A stretch of 64,000 nt of DNA from Bacteroidales bacterium (GCA_017535325.1 JAFXUC010000080.1:1213-65212), one strand, 5' to 3'. Positions 1 to 10,647 are shown, counted from the stretch's first letter. Numbers and translations are program-made. Notes: generated by a model from the letters alone, not told the origin.

Positions 1-643
1 CCCAAAAACTCATAACATACGCCGCGAACAAAATCACTATTGAAAAGATTTTCAGTGTTTTAACCAGCCAATAAATCAGCGGAGAAAGTACCGTTACGAC
101 AATCAAATCCCTAAGAAACCAAAGAGGTAAATCAATCGGACCTGTTGCATACGTTGTCCAAGATAACCACGGACGGTTGGAATCACCCCAATGATTAATG
201 TCCCAAAGAAAATGCCAATTTTTTTCAGTAATAAAATCAGTTACAAAACTCGAAGATTCGCCTTTATAGAACATTAATGCGATTTTGACGGCAATCAACG
301 CAGCCCAAACCAAGACATTCCATAGTAAATACGGAATAATTAACGTTTTAATACGGCTTTTCATCTTTTTCTTGTAACCGTCCCAAGAAAATTCCCTGAA
401 ATTGTTGAAGAACAAAAAGCCCGAAATCATAAAGAATGTCGGTACGGCTATTCCGGCAAACAGCCTTATAGCATAGCCTAACAAGAAACACGCGCCTTCG
501 CACGACAAAAGGTCAACATCATTTTGCCACTCGGCGTAATAGCCGTCAGTGTGAATTAAAATTACAAGCAATGCCATCGGAAATCTTAACAAACTGATAG
601 TTTCCGATTGAGCCTTCGTTAAAAGGTTTTCGTTAGTTAACAT
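1..643 (-). CDS. acyltransferase family 3 membrane protein, C-terminus cut by the window edge
   Basis: Absent from the ORF track because it runs off the window. Reverse-strand ATG at 643..641. My translation MLTNENLLTKAQSETISLLRFPMALLVILIHTDGYYAEW...GIAVPTFFMISGFLFFNNF...PLWFLRDLIVVTVLSPLIYWLVK stays open to base 1. It is multi-TM with motifs typical of O-acyltransferases. Confidence 0.6.
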   Translation of the reverse strand, partial: MLTNENLLTKAQSETISLLRFPMALLVILIHTDGYYAEWQNDVDLLSCEGACFLLGYAIRLFAGIAVPTFFMISGFLFFNNFREFSWDGYKKKMKSRIKTLIIPYLLWNVLVWAALIAVKIALMFYKGESSSFVTDFITEKNWHFLWDINHWGDSNRPWLSWTTYATGPIDLPLWFLRDLIVVTVLSPLIYWLVKTLKIFSIVILFAAYVMSFW

Positions 644-1018
644 TTTGAATGATAGTATTTTGCGCATTTACTATCACTCACATTCCGGGCACAAAAAAGG
701 CATGAGCCTCTTATGCGTTCTCCAAGGTGCGTAGGAAAAAGAGACCTCGTGCTCCCATAAAGAAATGCCCATGCCGTGTGGCTGGACATCGCTGTTGTTT
801 GGGAGCATAAGTCCTTTTCGTCCGCTATGGAGAAAATGCTATACTTCTGTTTTTGAGTCCGTTATCTCTGATAAAGTTTCCTACGCTTTCAGGAGAACGC
901 AAATAACAGTCAATGCTAATTTTTTTTATATTTTTCGGTTGCAAAAATACAAAAAAATCTGTTTTCTCCATTTTTTCTGCGTAAAAAAATTTTTTTCTTT
1001 CTTTTTTAAAAAAATTTA

Positions 1019-1026
1019 TAATTTTG
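1019..1026 (+). promoter_or_regulatory. -7 promoter box TAatTTTG
   Basis: TAATTTTG begins 32 nt upstream of ATG 1051. It overlaps the track start at 1024, which argues for 1051 as the real start. Confidence 0.45.
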
Positions 1027-1050
1027 CATTTTAAAACTAATTTAAAAAGC

Positions 1051-3276
1051 ATGAAAGGAAAATACGTCCGCGGAATAACACTCGGCAAAAAAGGCAACGC
1101 GAATGAAAATCCTGTCTTCTCCTCCCCTCTTTCGGAGGAAAACAGCGGCTTTCTGAAACGTTATTTGCCTGTTATACTGATAATTATCGTTACGGCTTTC
1201 GTTTACTCCTTCTCTTTGAGCAACGAAGCAACCAACTGGGACGACGATAAATACATCGGAGACAATCCGCTTTTAAAAACTTTTGACAAAGAAACCGTTT
1301 CAAGAATGTTTTTCTCCGACGATCCCGGCGAAAAATATTTTATGGGTAACTATCACCCTCTCACCATGTTGACGCTGAACATGAACTACCAAATCGCGGA
1401 ACTCGGTGCAAACGGCAAGGTTCTCCCCTACACCTTCATTATGATTAACATCTCACTGCATTTGATGAGTGTGTTTTTGGTGTATCTCGTTTTCAGTCAA
1501 CTGTTTACGAAACGCCTCTACCCTGTCGTAATCGCGCTGCTGTTCGGTATTCACACGCTGCATGTCGAAAGCGTTACGTGGATTGCGGAAAGAAAAGACG
1601 TTCTTTATACAATGTTTTACTTTTTGTCGTTATATTGTTATATTCTCTATAAAAAGCGACAAAAAGTAATGTTTTATATATTCTCACTTATAATCTTCAT
1701 TATCAGCGCGTTATCTAAGGGTCAAGCAGTGTCCTTGACCGTAACTCTCTTTCTGATAGATTATTTCTTAACGGAAGAGTATTTAAACTGGAAAACGCAC
1801 CTGAATAAGATTCCGTTTTTGATAATCTCTATGGTTTTCGGTCTTATTTCTGTAAAAGCGCAGGCAGTTTCAACCGCACTCGCCGAAACAGACCAATATG
1901 AAGTGTATCAGAGGATTGCGTTCGGTAGCAATGGCTTTTTACAGTACATTTTGAGGTTTATTCTTCCTGTAAAACTCGCCTGCCTCTACCCCTACCCCGA
2001 CATTCTCAACCGTACAGTTCCTGTTATATATTGGCTTACGGTGCCGGTGTTTATCGCAGTGATTCTCTTGAATTTCTTTACGTACAAAAAAGATAAAATC
2101 TTTACATTCGGATTGCTGTTTTTTATAGCAAATATCGCTCTGTTATTGCAGTTTATTCCGGTAGGTAGCGCAATGTATGCTGATAGGTATTCTTACATTC
2201 CGAGTGTCGGATTGTCAATTTTGTTAGCGTATGTTATTGATTTACTGACAACTAAGTATAAAGACAACAAAGCAATTCTTTATGGAGTTTTTGCAGTTTA
2301 CGCCGTTATTCTCTGCATTATGACCATAAATCGCGAAAAAGTATGGCAAAACAGCCGTACATTATGGTCTGACTGCGTTGAGAAGTACCCAGAAGCGGTT
2401 ATAGGTTGGAATAATCTCGGCAGTTATATCAACATGATGGCAGACTCAACTCTCAAAAAGAAAGACGATAGCGAATATCTTAAAAATAAAAAACTTGCAA
2501 TCGATTGTTTCACGCAAGGAATTAAAAATAAACCCGATTATACGCACGCATTTTACAATAGGGGATTGGCTGAAAACGATGTTTTTGAATTAACGTCAGA
2601 TACGCTTTACGAAAAGTCTGCTTTAAACGACTTTTCTAAGGCTCTGACATACGATTTGAACTTCGCGCCGGCGTTCCAGAGTAGGGCAGCGATTTACGAT
2701 TTGTATTCCGAAAGGTTTACTAACATTAACAAAGATTCATGTACGTATTACTTTGCGTTAGCACTAAGCGACTTCAACCGTGCGTTGGAATTAAATCCGA
2801 ATCTCTATGACGTTTACGTAAATAGGGGAGTGGCTTACGGAAAATACGGAGATTTCAACCGCTCAATTGAAGATTTCAACACGTATTTGGAAAAATTTCC
2901 ACAAAACGCTTCGGCTTATTCAAATAGGGGACTTGCTTATAACGGTCTCAAACAGTATGATTTAGCATTGCAAGATTTCGCTAAATCCGTAGAGTTGGAT
3001 TCTCTTAACGAGGGAGCGTATTTCAACCGCGCAATCACTTACCGCACGTTAGGTGAAAACGACCAAAAGAAGCGCAAAGATTACATAAATTTAGCGAAAA
3101 AAGATATTTCAAAATGCATTCAGATAAACCCGAAAAACGGTTATTACTATTATCTGAGAGGCATTTACGCGATTAACACCGACGATAGGGAAGGAGCCTG
3201 CGAGGATTTTCATACCGCTGTTGAAAATAATTATCAAAACGCGCAAAATTTAGTTAACCAATTTTGCAACAAATAA
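1051..3276 (+). CDS. TMTC-like membrane protein: N-terminal multi-TM glycosyltransferase-like domain plus C-terminal TPR repeats
   Basis: About 10 hydrophobic segments in the first ~430 aa. These are followed by repeated TPR signatures (AFYNRGLA, VYVNRGVAYGKYGDF, AYSNRGLAYNGLKQYDLALQDF, AYFNRAITY). Confidence 0.7.
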   Translation: MKGKYVRGITLGKKGNANENPVFSSPLSEENSGFLKRYLPVILIIIVTAFVYSFSLSNEATNWDDDKYIGDNPLLKTFDKETVSRMFFSDDPGEKYFMGNYHPLTMLTLNMNYQIAELGANGKVLPYTFIMINISLHLMSVFLVYLVFSQLFTKRLYPVVIALLFGIHTLHVESVTWIAERKDVLYTMFYFLSLYCYILYKKRQKVMFYIFSLIIFIISALSKGQAVSLTVTLFLIDYFLTEEYLNWKTHLNKIPFLIISMVFGLISVKAQAVSTALAETDQYEVYQRIAFGSNGFLQYILRFILPVKLACLYPYPDILNRTVPVIYWLTVPVFIAVILLNFFTYKKDKIFTFGLLFFIANIALLLQFIPVGSAMYADRYSYIPSVGLSILLAYVIDLLTTKYKDNKAILYGVFAVYAVILCIMTINREKVWQNSRTLWSDCVEKYPEAVIGWNNLGSYINMMADSTLKKKDDSEYLKNKKLAIDCFTQGIKNKPDYTHAFYNRGLAENDVFELTSDTLYEKSALNDFSKALTYDLNFAPAFQSRAAIYDLYSERFTNINKDSCTYYFALALSDFNRALELNPNLYDVYVNRGVAYGKYGDFNRSIEDFNTYLEKFPQNASAYSNRGLAYNGLKQYDLALQDFAKSVELDSLNEGAYFNRAITYRTLGENDQKKRKDYINLAKKDISKCIQINPKNGYYYYLRGIYAINTDDREGACEDFHTAVENNYQNAQNLVNQFCNK

Positions 3277-3304
3277 CGGTGTTTTTTCGTATAACTTAAA
3301 AGAT

Positions 3305-4243
3305 ATGGAGTTTAGACGCGTTATATTATTGAATATTTTTATCTTTCTGATTGTCAATATTTTAGAGGCACAGGAAGATACGTTTAACCGTGTCAATAAG
3401 GATATGAAGAAAACCGGGCTGTGGATTTATTACTACGATACGCTCCATTTGGTGAAATTTTCGGAAGGCGAATACGTTGACGGTCAAAAGCAGGGCTGCT
3501 GGATAGAATATTACAGAAACGGAAACAAGAAAAGTGAAATCACGTATCTGAATAATGTTCCCTCAGGGCTCGCGAAACTATATTACGAAAACGGAAACCC
3601 TTCTGAACAAGGAACTTGGAATAGTTTCGGTTGGGTAGGGGAGTACAAGATGTTTTACCGCAGCGGAAGAATAGCCCGCGAACTAAACTACGACGAAAAC
3701 ACGCTCCGCTCCGGCATGCAGAAATACTATTCTGAGTCAGGACACGTTACAATGGCAGGTTATTGGGAAAACGGCATGGCGAAGGGACTCGTTACTGAAT
3801 ATTACGACAGCGGAAGACTCAGGGCGGAGAGTCAGTGGATGGGAGGACGTTTAAGCGGAATCACGAAAGAATATTACGAAACGGGAAGCCTTAAAGCCGA
3901 AATCGTTTACAACAACGGGGTCTATGATGTTGCCGCCTCGCGGACTTTCAAAAACCGTCAAGATGGCCACAACATCGCTGCTGTTGACAAACCTGCTGAA
4001 AAACCGTCCGTTACAAAACCAGAACAGCCGAAAGAAGATAAAGAATCTCCCTCGTATGCAGTTTTCCGCGGGACGGGTTACCACAAAATGTATGACCCTG
4101 ACACAAAACGCATAGAAAAGGAAGGCAATTTTATTGACGGCGTTCTTGATGAAGGAAAACGTTATTATTACAACTCGAAAGGCGAACTGATAAAGACCGC
4201 CATTTATGAACACGGAAAAATTGTTAAAATAATAGACAAATGA
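3305..4243 (+). CDS. MORN-repeat-variant (YwqK-like) secreted protein
   Basis: Signal-like N-terminus, then repeated G-x-W-x-x-YY-x-NG units ([54 protein letters not shown]). The stop overlaps the cysS start (ATGA). Confidence 0.65.
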   Translation: MEFRRVILLNIFIFLIVNILEAQEDTFNRVNKDMKKTGLWIYYYDTLHLVKFSEGEYVDGQKQGCWIEYYRNGNKKSEITYLNNVPSGLAKLYYENGNPSEQGTWNSFGWVGEYKMFYRSGRIARELNYDENTLRSGMQKYYSESGHVTMAGYWENGMAKGLVTEYYDSGRLRAESQWMGGRLSGITKEYYETGSLKAEIVYNNGVYDVAASRTFKNRQDGHNIAAVDKPAEKPSVTKPEQPKEDKESPSYAVFRGTGYHKMYDPDTKRIEKEGNFIDGVLDEGKRYYYNSKGELIKTAIYEHGKIVKIIDK

Positions 4244-5703
4244 GTAACTTGTTAATTTACAACTCGTTAAGCAGGACGACACAGAAGTTTGAACCGATAA
4301 ATCCGCCGTATGTGGGAATGTACGTCTGCGGACCTACGGTTTACGGTCCTGCTCACCTCGGACACGCACGTCCGGCTGTAACTTTTGACTTGATTTTCAG
4401 ATACTTGCGTTATCTTGGATATAAAGTTCGTTATGTGAGAAACATAACCGATGTGGGTCATTTGGAGCATGATGCTGACGAAGGCGACGACAAAATCGCA
4501 AAAAAAGCCAAACTCGAAAATCTCGAACCTATGGAAGTCGTTCAGACTTACACCGAGGATTATCACAAAAACATGAGGCTTCTGAACTGTCTGCCGCCCT
4601 CAATCGAGCCGCACGCATCGGGACATATCATTGAGCAGCAGCAACTTATCGACAAGATTCTCGCCAACGGTTACGCTTACGAGTCCAACGGTTCTGTATA
4701 TTTCGACATAAAGAAATACGCAGAGAAATACCGTTACGGCAAACTTTCAGGCAGAAACGTTGAAGACCTTTTGGAGAAGACGCGCACGCTTGACGGTCAG
4801 GACGAAAAACGCAACCAGTGCGATTTCGCGCTTTGGAAAAAGGCTTCGCCCGCGCATATCATGCACTGGCCGAGCAAATGGAGTGAAGGTTTTCCGGGCT
4901 GGCATCTCGAATGTACTGCCATGAGTACCAAGTATTTAGGCGAGTTTTTCGACATTCACGGCGGCGGCATGGACTTGCAGTTTCCGCATCACGAATGTGA
5001 AATCGCGCAAGCCGTAGGAGCGATGGGACACGACAGCGTAAAATACTGGGTTCACAACAACATGATAACCATCAACGGCAAAAAAATGGGCAAGTCCCTC
5101 GGCAACGCGATGACGTTGGAACAGTTTTTCGCCGGTCAGCACGAACTTCTTGAACAGCCCTACACGCCTATGACGGTGAGATTCTTTATCCTTCAAGCGC
5201 ATTACCGCTCAACATTGGATTTCTCCAACGAGGCTTTGCAGGCGTCGGAAAAAGGTCTTGAAAAACTTCTTTCCGCCGTAAAATCGCTTGATTCTTTATC
5301 AGCAGGCAAGAGTTCGTCATTCTCCGTGTCAGAATTGAAAGAAAAATGTTTTGACGCCCTTAACGACGATTTTAACACTCCTGTAATGATTTCGCACCTT
5401 TTTGAGGGTGTTAAGCATATAAACCTCATAAAAGACGGCAAAGAAAGCCTCACTGAGGCTGACTTAAACGACTTGAAAAAACTTTATCACGATTTGTGCT
5501 TTGAAATTCTCGGTTTGAAGGACGAAACTGCAAAATCCGACAACAGCGAAGTTATCGGCAATCTCGTTGACATGATTCAGCAGTTGAGGAAAACCGCAAA
5601 AGCGGACAAGAATTACGCTTTGTCTGACAAACTGCGCGACGATTTGAACAGGGCAGGGGTGAAGATCAAAGACACGAAAGACGGATACGAGTGGAGTTTG
5701 TAA
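4240..5703 (+). CDS. cysS: cysteine--tRNA ligase
   Basis: Class I signatures [12 protein letters not shown] (HIGH) and KMGKSLGN (KMSKS). [10 protein letters not shown] zinc/cysteine-binding region. Length 487 aa. Confidence 0.95.
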   Translation: MSNLLIYNSLSRTTQKFEPINPPYVGMYVCGPTVYGPAHLGHARPAVTFDLIFRYLRYLGYKVRYVRNITDVGHLEHDADEGDDKIAKKAKLENLEPMEVVQTYTEDYHKNMRLLNCLPPSIEPHASGHIIEQQQLIDKILANGYAYESNGSVYFDIKKYAEKYRYGKLSGRNVEDLLEKTRTLDGQDEKRNQCDFALWKKASPAHIMHWPSKWSEGFPGWHLECTAMSTKYLGEFFDIHGGGMDLQFPHHECEIAQAVGAMGHDSVKYWVHNNMITINGKKMGKSLGNAMTLEQFFAGQHELLEQPYTPMTVRFFILQAHYRSTLDFSNEALQASEKGLEKLLSAVKSLDSLSAGKSSSFSVSELKEKCFDALNDDFNTPVMISHLFEGVKHINLIKDGKESLTEADLNDLKKLYHDLCFEILGLKDETAKSDNSEVIGNLVDMIQQLRKTAKADKNYALSDKLRDDLNRAGVKIKDTKDGYEWSL

Positions 5704-5738
5704 AAAAAGAATGTCAAAACTTTAAAAATATAAAAACC

Positions 5739-6032
5739 ATGGAAGTAACAATAGACCACAAATATTCCGAGGCGGAAGCCCTCGCAAAGATGAAGTCTTT
5801 TTTGACCAAACTCAAAGAAGAACATCAGGACAAAGTCGGCGGAATCACGGAAAACTGGAACGGCAACGAAGGCGATTATTCATGCAATTTCAACGGCATG
5901 ACACTTGCAGGCCACATTCAGGTAAAGGACGGCAAAGTCATAGTCAACGGCAAAGTGCCGTTTTTGCTGAAACCTTTTGAGTCCCTGATTGAAAACACTA
6001 TCAGAAACGAGGCAAACAAAGTTCTTAAATAA
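5739..6032 (+). CDS. small hypothetical protein
   Basis: ATG at 5739 (MEVTIDHKYSEAEALAKMKSF...). The track's upstream extension overlaps the cysS end. A strong terminator follows. Confidence 0.5.
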   Translation: MEVTIDHKYSEAEALAKMKSFLTKLKEEHQDKVGGITENWNGNEGDYSCNFNGMTLAGHIQVKDGKVIVNGKVPFLLKPFESLIENTIRNEANKVLK

Positions 6033-6038
6033 AAAAAA

Positions 6039-6060
6039 TCCCCGCCGTTGAAGCGGGGAT
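6039..6060. terminator. bidirectional rho-independent terminator
   Basis: ATCCCCGC-cgttgaa-GCGGGGAT, flanked by an A-tract (6031..6038) and a T-tract (6061..6067). It lies between convergent genes. Confidence 0.85.
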
Positions 6061-6064
6061 TTTT

Positions 6065-7582
6065 TTATTTCTTCGGCATTGCATTTCCGTCAACTTTTGC
6101 GATTTCGCCCTGAGAATATTCTATTTGCGTTTCCAAGAGTCCGTCTTCGTCATAAAAACTCCAAATGCCGTTTTCTTTTCCGGCGACATATTCGCCGTCG
6201 GTTTTTATTCTGCCGTTTTCGTAAAACTCGCGGTATCTGCCGTGAAGGTTTCCTTGCATATACTTGGTTTCGATTTTTAGTTTTTTCGTTGATATAAAGT
6301 AGACTTTGTATTCGCCGTGAAGTTCGCCGTCAGAGTAATTCTCTATAACCAAAGCGTCGCCGACGTCGGTTTTCCAGCGTCCCTCTTTTGAGCCTTCAAC
6401 AAATTCTCCGCTCTGAATCGTGTCGCCAATAGGGGAGAGTTCGTAACAAATACCGTCTTCCCTGCCTTTTACAAAGTTTTCTTCGCGGCGGAGTTTGCCG
6501 TCAGAATAATACCAAAGCCATTTGCCTTCGGGTTTGCCGTCCTTATAAACGCCTTTCTGCTCCGTCTGACCGCCCGGAAAACAAAACAGCCATTCGCCTT
6601 CGCGTTTGCCGTTTTTGTAACTGCCTTTGCCTGAGACGTTTCCTAAGGAATCGTACAAAGTCCATTTGCCTTGTTCCCTGCCTTTGCCGTCAACGATTCC
6701 GTCAGCGATTTTTTTGCCTTCTTCACTGTAAGTTTCGGAAGATTTTATTTTGCCCTGCTCGTTGTAAACGCGGTGAACTCCCACAGGAAGTGAATCCTTA
6801 TAACCGCCTGACTTTTTTAACGTTCCGTCTGAATAAAATTCGTTTTTGACTTTGACGTTTTCTTTGTTTGAAGCAAGCGCGTTTTTGTTTTCCTGCTGAA
6901 TTTCGCCGTTGATGTAACGCACGATTGAGGTTTCCTTGCCTTTCTGGTCAAATTCGCGGTAATAACCGTTAAGTTTGTCATCTTTGTAGTAACATTCGGT
7001 TTTTACCTTTTTATCAGGATAAAAAGTTTTAAAAACGCCCTGTTTCATTCCGCGAGAATCCACGCGGTTTATGTTGTTTTGGTCGATAAGAGAGCCGTTT
7101 TTGAAGGTCATAACTGCGACGATGTCTCCGTTTTTGTTGTAACGGTATCCTTCGCCCTGCTTTTTATTGTCTTTAAAAGGGATTTCATCGCTTAAAACGC
7201 CTTTTTCGTAATAAAACGACATGCCTTCTTTTTTGTCGTCGCGGTACAACTCTTTGGATTTCAAAACGTTATCGGCGTATGTTAACGTGTAGCCGTTTTT
7301 TTTGCCGTAATTATAGTTTATGACGTTTGTAGTGTCGCCTTTTTCGTCAAAAAACAGCCAAAGACTGTCGAGTTGAAAATTTGTGCGCCTTCCCGCCGAC
7401 TTTAAAACGCCGTCAGGATAATACGTTTTCCAAAAGCCGTCGGGCTGACCGTTTTTCAAAGTGCCTTCGCTCGAAATGCTGCCGTCAGGATAATAAAACT
7501 TGTTGTAACCGTTAGGGTTAACTTCCTGAGCCACAGCGTTTCCCGTTATAAAAAGCGATAATATAATAAAGAATTTCTTCAT
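6065..7582 (-). CDS. MORN-repeat-variant (YwqK-like) secreted protein
   Basis: More than 15 repeats of the G-x-W-x-x-YY-x-x-G type (GFWKTYYPDGVLKS, GEWLFCFPGGQTEQ, GKWLWYYSDGKLRR, GIWSFYDEDGLLET). Start moved to MKKFFIILSLF (7582) because a -7 box lies at 7596..7603. Confidence 0.7.
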   Translation of the reverse strand: MKKFFIILSLFITGNAVAQEVNPNGYNKFYYPDGSISSEGTLKNGQPDGFWKTYYPDGVLKSAGRRTNFQLDSLWLFFDEKGDTTNVINYNYGKKNGYTLTYADNVLKSKELYRDDKKEGMSFYYEKGVLSDEIPFKDNKKQGEGYRYNKNGDIVAVMTFKNGSLIDQNNINRVDSRGMKQGVFKTFYPDKKVKTECYYKDDKLNGYYREFDQKGKETSIVRYINGEIQQENKNALASNKENVKVKNEFYSDGTLKKSGGYKDSLPVGVHRVYNEQGKIKSSETYSEEGKKIADGIVDGKGREQGKWTLYDSLGNVSGKGSYKNGKREGEWLFCFPGGQTEQKGVYKDGKPEGKWLWYYSDGKLRREENFVKGREDGICYELSPIGDTIQSGEFVEGSKEGRWKTDVGDALVIENYSDGELHGEYKVYFISTKKLKIETKYMQGNLHGRYREFYENGRIKTDGEYVAGKENGIWSFYDEDGLLETQIEYSQGEIAKVDGNAMPKK

Positions 7583-7595
7583 GGTTATTTTTTTG

Positions 7596-7603
7596 CAAAG
7601 ATA
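7596..7603 (-). promoter_or_regulatory. -7 promoter box TAtcTTTG (reverse strand)
   Basis: Plus-strand CAAAGATA. It lies just upstream of the ATG at 7582. Confidence 0.45.
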
Positions 7604-7633
7604 AACAGATTTTTTCAAAAATTCTACAAAACA

Positions 7634-8893
7634 TTATTCCAACATCCATTTCCAAGCGGGAATTACTTCAATTGTTTTTCCGTTAGAGAGTTGCACGGTT
7701 TCTTCTTCGTCAAAAGTAATTACAACCATACGTTTCATGGGCATAAAACCATCCAATTTTTCCAAAGCGGAAAGTTCGCGGCGGCGTGTCGTATCGTCTG
7801 AAATCGAATATGAAACCTGAATCCCGTAATCTTCATCGGGTATGTAAAAATCAACTTCGATGTTTTTGTTGTAAAAATATAACTTTTCTCCGTATTTTTG
7901 ATAGAGAAATACTGCGCACAAATTCTCCAACAATGCAGTCTGTCCGTCAGAAAGAAATATGCTTAAAAGTCCGTTGTCTGTAAAATAATGCTTTTTGACG
8001 GTTGTTTTTTCTACAAATTTTGACGTAAAATTTTCCAACGCGAACATAAGACAAGCATCTTTCGCAAAACTAATATAATCAATAACCGAAGTAACGGACG
8101 TATTAAACCCAGCAGTTTTCATAAGGTTTGCAAGTCTGTTGTATGAAGTCGGCTGTAAAATATTGTCAGCGAGCCGTTTAATAATCATTCTGAGCGGCAG
8201 TTCGTTTTTGATACGGTTGCGCAGAATTACGTCGCCGAGTATAATTTTTTCGTATAAATCGTTAAGCCAGCGTCTTTTGTTTTGATAATTAAGCAGTTCA
8301 GGAAATCCGCCCCAAAGCATATACGAAATGAATTGTTGCTGAACAATTAATCGTTTTTTACCGTACTGCCATTCTTTTTCGAGCGTAATGTCCTGTGCTT
8401 CAAGATATTCTCTAAACGAGTATGGAAAAATATTTCCGCTTATATAACGGCCGCCGAGAGTCGTCTGTATATCGCGGCTGAGCATTTTAGCGTTGCTGCC
8501 CGTTATAAAAACCTGATATTTTTGGTTTGCCAACCGCCGCGCAAAATGTTCCCAACCATCAACATTCTGAATTTCATCAAAAAACAATACGGGTTTGCAA
8601 TCATAAACCAAACTATGTGTCTGCAAAATCAGGTCAAAATCTTCCGCCTTGAAGCCCAATAAACGCTCGTCGTCGAAATCTATGTAAACGATTTCTTCTT
8701 TTTTTGTACCTTGTTTCAAGCATTGTTTGGCTCTTTTGTAAAGCATGTATGACTTTCCTGCCTGACGTATTCCCACGAGGACATATCTGCCGTTAGGCTC
8801 AAAATCGTATGGACGGTCATAGAGTTCAATGTTTTCTATAAGTTCCTGACCTTCTTTGATTAAAACCCTGATTATGTCTTTTGTAACTGCCAT
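7634..8893 (-). CDS. AAA-family ATPase with DUF4143-like C-terminal domain
   Basis: Walker A GIRQAGKSYM, Walker B LFFDEIQ. The C-terminal half is typical of AAA_14/DUF4143 proteins. Start set at MAVTKDIIRV (ATG 8893), downstream of a -7 box. Confidence 0.7.
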   Translation of the reverse strand: MAVTKDIIRVLIKEGQELIENIELYDRPYDFEPNGRYVLVGIRQAGKSYMLYKRAKQCLKQGTKKEEIVYIDFDDERLLGFKAEDFDLILQTHSLVYDCKPVLFFDEIQNVDGWEHFARRLANQKYQVFITGSNAKMLSRDIQTTLGGRYISGNIFPYSFREYLEAQDITLEKEWQYGKKRLIVQQQFISYMLWGGFPELLNYQNKRRWLNDLYEKIILGDVILRNRIKNELPLRMIIKRLADNILQPTSYNRLANLMKTAGFNTSVTSVIDYISFAKDACLMFALENFTSKFVEKTTVKKHYFTDNGLLSIFLSDGQTALLENLCAVFLYQKYGEKLYFYNKNIEVDFYIPDEDYGIQVSYSISDDTTRRRELSALEKLDGFMPMKRMVVITFDEEETVQLSNGKTIEVIPAWKWMLE

Positions 8894-8911
8894 TTTAGTA
8901 ACATTTTGGCG

Positions 8912-8919
8912 CAAAGATA
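8912..8919 (-). promoter_or_regulatory. -7 promoter box TAtcTTTG (reverse strand)
   Basis: Plus-strand CAAAGATA, upstream of the ATG at 8893. Confidence 0.45.
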
Positions 8920-8921
8920 AC

Positions 8922-8950
8922 AATTTTATCCATTGGCAATGGATAAAATT
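8922..8950. repeat. 29-bp near-perfect palindrome; its right arm recurs as a direct repeat at 8969..8983
   Basis: AATTTTATCCATTG g CAATGGATAAAATT. GCAATGGATAAAATT recurs at 8969..8983 and overlaps the nadA stop codon. Confidence 0.8.
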
Positions 8951-8981
8951 TGTTATTTTTATACATTAGCAATGGATAAAA

Positions 8982-9953
8982 TTAACTCATCGCCATCATT
9001 CTGTTGATACAAACGACCGCTTTTTCTGAAAGTTCTTTCGGAAGGTCTACTTGCGGAAACTCGTATTTAAGCGTTAAGTAAATCTTTTTCAGAGAGTTAC
9101 GTTTCATGTTAACGCACATATTGAGCGGGTGTCCGTCGTTGCTCGGTACGGGAATGAAAGTTTTTCTGGGGTTGCGTTTTTTCATTTCGTAAAAAATTCC
9201 CGGCTCTGTTGCAACGATAAACTCTTTGTCGGGCTGTTCGGTGCTCATTTTCAGAAGGTAAGATGTTGCGCCAACAAAATCCGCAAGTTGCAGAATTTCT
9301 TCTGGACATTCGGGGTGGGCGAGAACCTTCGCCGAAGGATACTTTGACTTTAATTCTTTAAGTGCATTCGCGTCAAAACGGCTGTGAACATGGCAGCCGC
9401 CTTGCCAAATCACCATTTTTTTTCTGCCCGTAACCTTTTGAACGTAATTTCCGAGATTTTTGTCCGGTCCAAAAATTATTTTTTCGTCTTCAGGAAGTTG
9501 CGAAACAATCTTCACGGCATTTGACGATGTTACAACGATGTCAGTAAGGGCTTTTATTTCAGCCGTCGTGTTAACGTAAGAGATAACAGTGTGGTCGGGG
9601 TATTTTGCCTTTAAGTCTTTGAGTTGCTGCTCGTTGATTGAATCCGCCAAAGAGCATGAAGTGGCGAGATCGGGGATTAAAACTTTTTTCTTCGGCGAGA
9701 GAACCTTAGCGGTTTCTGCCATAAAATGCACGCCAGCAAAAACTATGATGTCGGCATCGGTTTTAGCGGCTTGTTGCGAAAGACCGAGACTGTCGCCGGT
9801 GTAGTCCGCGATTTCCTGAACTTCGTCCGTCGTATAATAATGCGCCAAAATAACGGCGTTTTTTTCTTTTTTAAGTTTCTTTATTTCCTCGCGAAAATCA
9901 ATTCCGTCGGGAACAGGCATATCCAAATGCCCGTTTTTCAATGTCAGTTCCAT
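8982..9953 (-). CDS. nadA: quinolinate synthase
   Basis: N-terminus ...EIKKLKKEKNAVILAHYY, and internal GVHFMAETAKVL, CSLADS, AHPECP, which are the characteristic NadA cysteine/histidine motifs. Confidence 0.9.
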   Translation of the reverse strand: MELTLKNGHLDMPVPDGIDFREEIKKLKKEKNAVILAHYYTTDEVQEIADYTGDSLGLSQQAAKTDADIIVFAGVHFMAETAKVLSPKKKVLIPDLATSCSLADSINEQQLKDLKAKYPDHTVISYVNTTAEIKALTDIVVTSSNAVKIVSQLPEDEKIIFGPDKNLGNYVQKVTGRKKMVIWQGGCHVHSRFDANALKELKSKYPSAKVLAHPECPEEILQLADFVGATSYLLKMSTEQPDKEFIVATEPGIFYEMKKRNPRKTFIPVPSNDGHPLNMCVNMKRNSLKKIYLTLKYEFPQVDLPKELSEKAVVCINRMMAMS

Positions 9954-9968
9954 AGTTTTTATAAATTT

Positions 9969-10241
9969 TTATTTATCATCATAATGTCCGTAAGTTGTCA
10001 GCACGAGAACGGTTATTTCGTTGTCGTTAACAGTGTAGACTAATCTGTGCTTGTCTGTTATGCGTCTTGACCATTGTCCTGCGCAGTCGCCAGAAAGTTG
10101 TTTGGGCTTGCCTGTGCCGGTTTTGGGGTGGTCAATGAGTTCTTCAAGTAGTTTTAACGCCTTTTTAAAAGCGGAAGGTTCGCTTTGACGCAATTTTTTT
10201 AAACCGTCTTCCGCCTTTTTTGTGTATTGAATAGCATACAT
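9969..10241 (-). CDS. yoeB: YoeB/Txe-family type II toxin
   Basis: 90 aa. WSRRITDKHRLVY...VLVLTTYGHYDDK is the YoeB C-terminal catalytic signature. Separated from the upstream small ORF by 1 nt. Confidence 0.8.
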   Translation of the reverse strand: MYAIQYTKKAEDGLKKLRQSEPSAFKKALKLLEELIDHPKTGTGKPKQLSGDCAGQWSRRITDKHRLVYTVNDNEITVLVLTTYGHYDDK

Positions 10242-10242
10242 T

Positions 10243-10494
10243 TTACAAGGAATTTAACCAGTTCATCATTTCTTGTTTGTCCGTAAATGTTTTTACCTCA
10301 CCTCTTTCTGCCTGAGCCCTTGCTTCTGCGATTTCCGCCAAAAATTCTTCTTTCGTCATGAGGGTTTCATCGTGTTTTTTAGCAAGAAGTTTCTTTACAA
10401 ACTGTTTTAATTCCGCAAAAAGACTTTTGTCCTGCGCAATATCCAAAATCTGTTGAAGAAAACTTATCTCCAATTTTGCTGCCGCTGCTGCCAT
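10243..10494 (-). CDS. putative antitoxin partner of YoeB
   Basis: 83-aa acidic/helical ORF immediately upstream of and co-directional with the toxin. The call is by position only. Confidence 0.55.
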   Translation of the reverse strand: MAAAAAKLEISFLQQILDIAQDKSLFAELKQFVKKLLAKKHDETLMTKEEFLAEIAEARAQAERGEVKTFTDKQEMMNWLNSL

Positions 10495-10639
10495 ATTTTT
10501 TCAATTTAAAAGTTTTTCCAGCGCAAATGTACAATTTTTAATTTACAATTCAAAAAAATTCAATTTAACGCTGTCAAAATATCTTTTTTGAATTATAATT
10601 TTTTCCAACAAAAAATTTTTGTGCAGACGGTTTTATTGT

Positions 10640-10647
10640 TATTTTTG
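10640..10647 (+). promoter_or_regulatory. -7 promoter box TAttTTTG
   Basis: Begins 33 nt upstream of the dut ATG at 10673. Confidence 0.4.

Noticed and set aside
765-1097. ORFs 765..1034 (+) and 825..1097 (-)
   Set aside because: They lie in the AT-rich promoter region upstream of the TMTC-like gene, give low-complexity F/K-rich translations, and overlap the -7 box and the real start.
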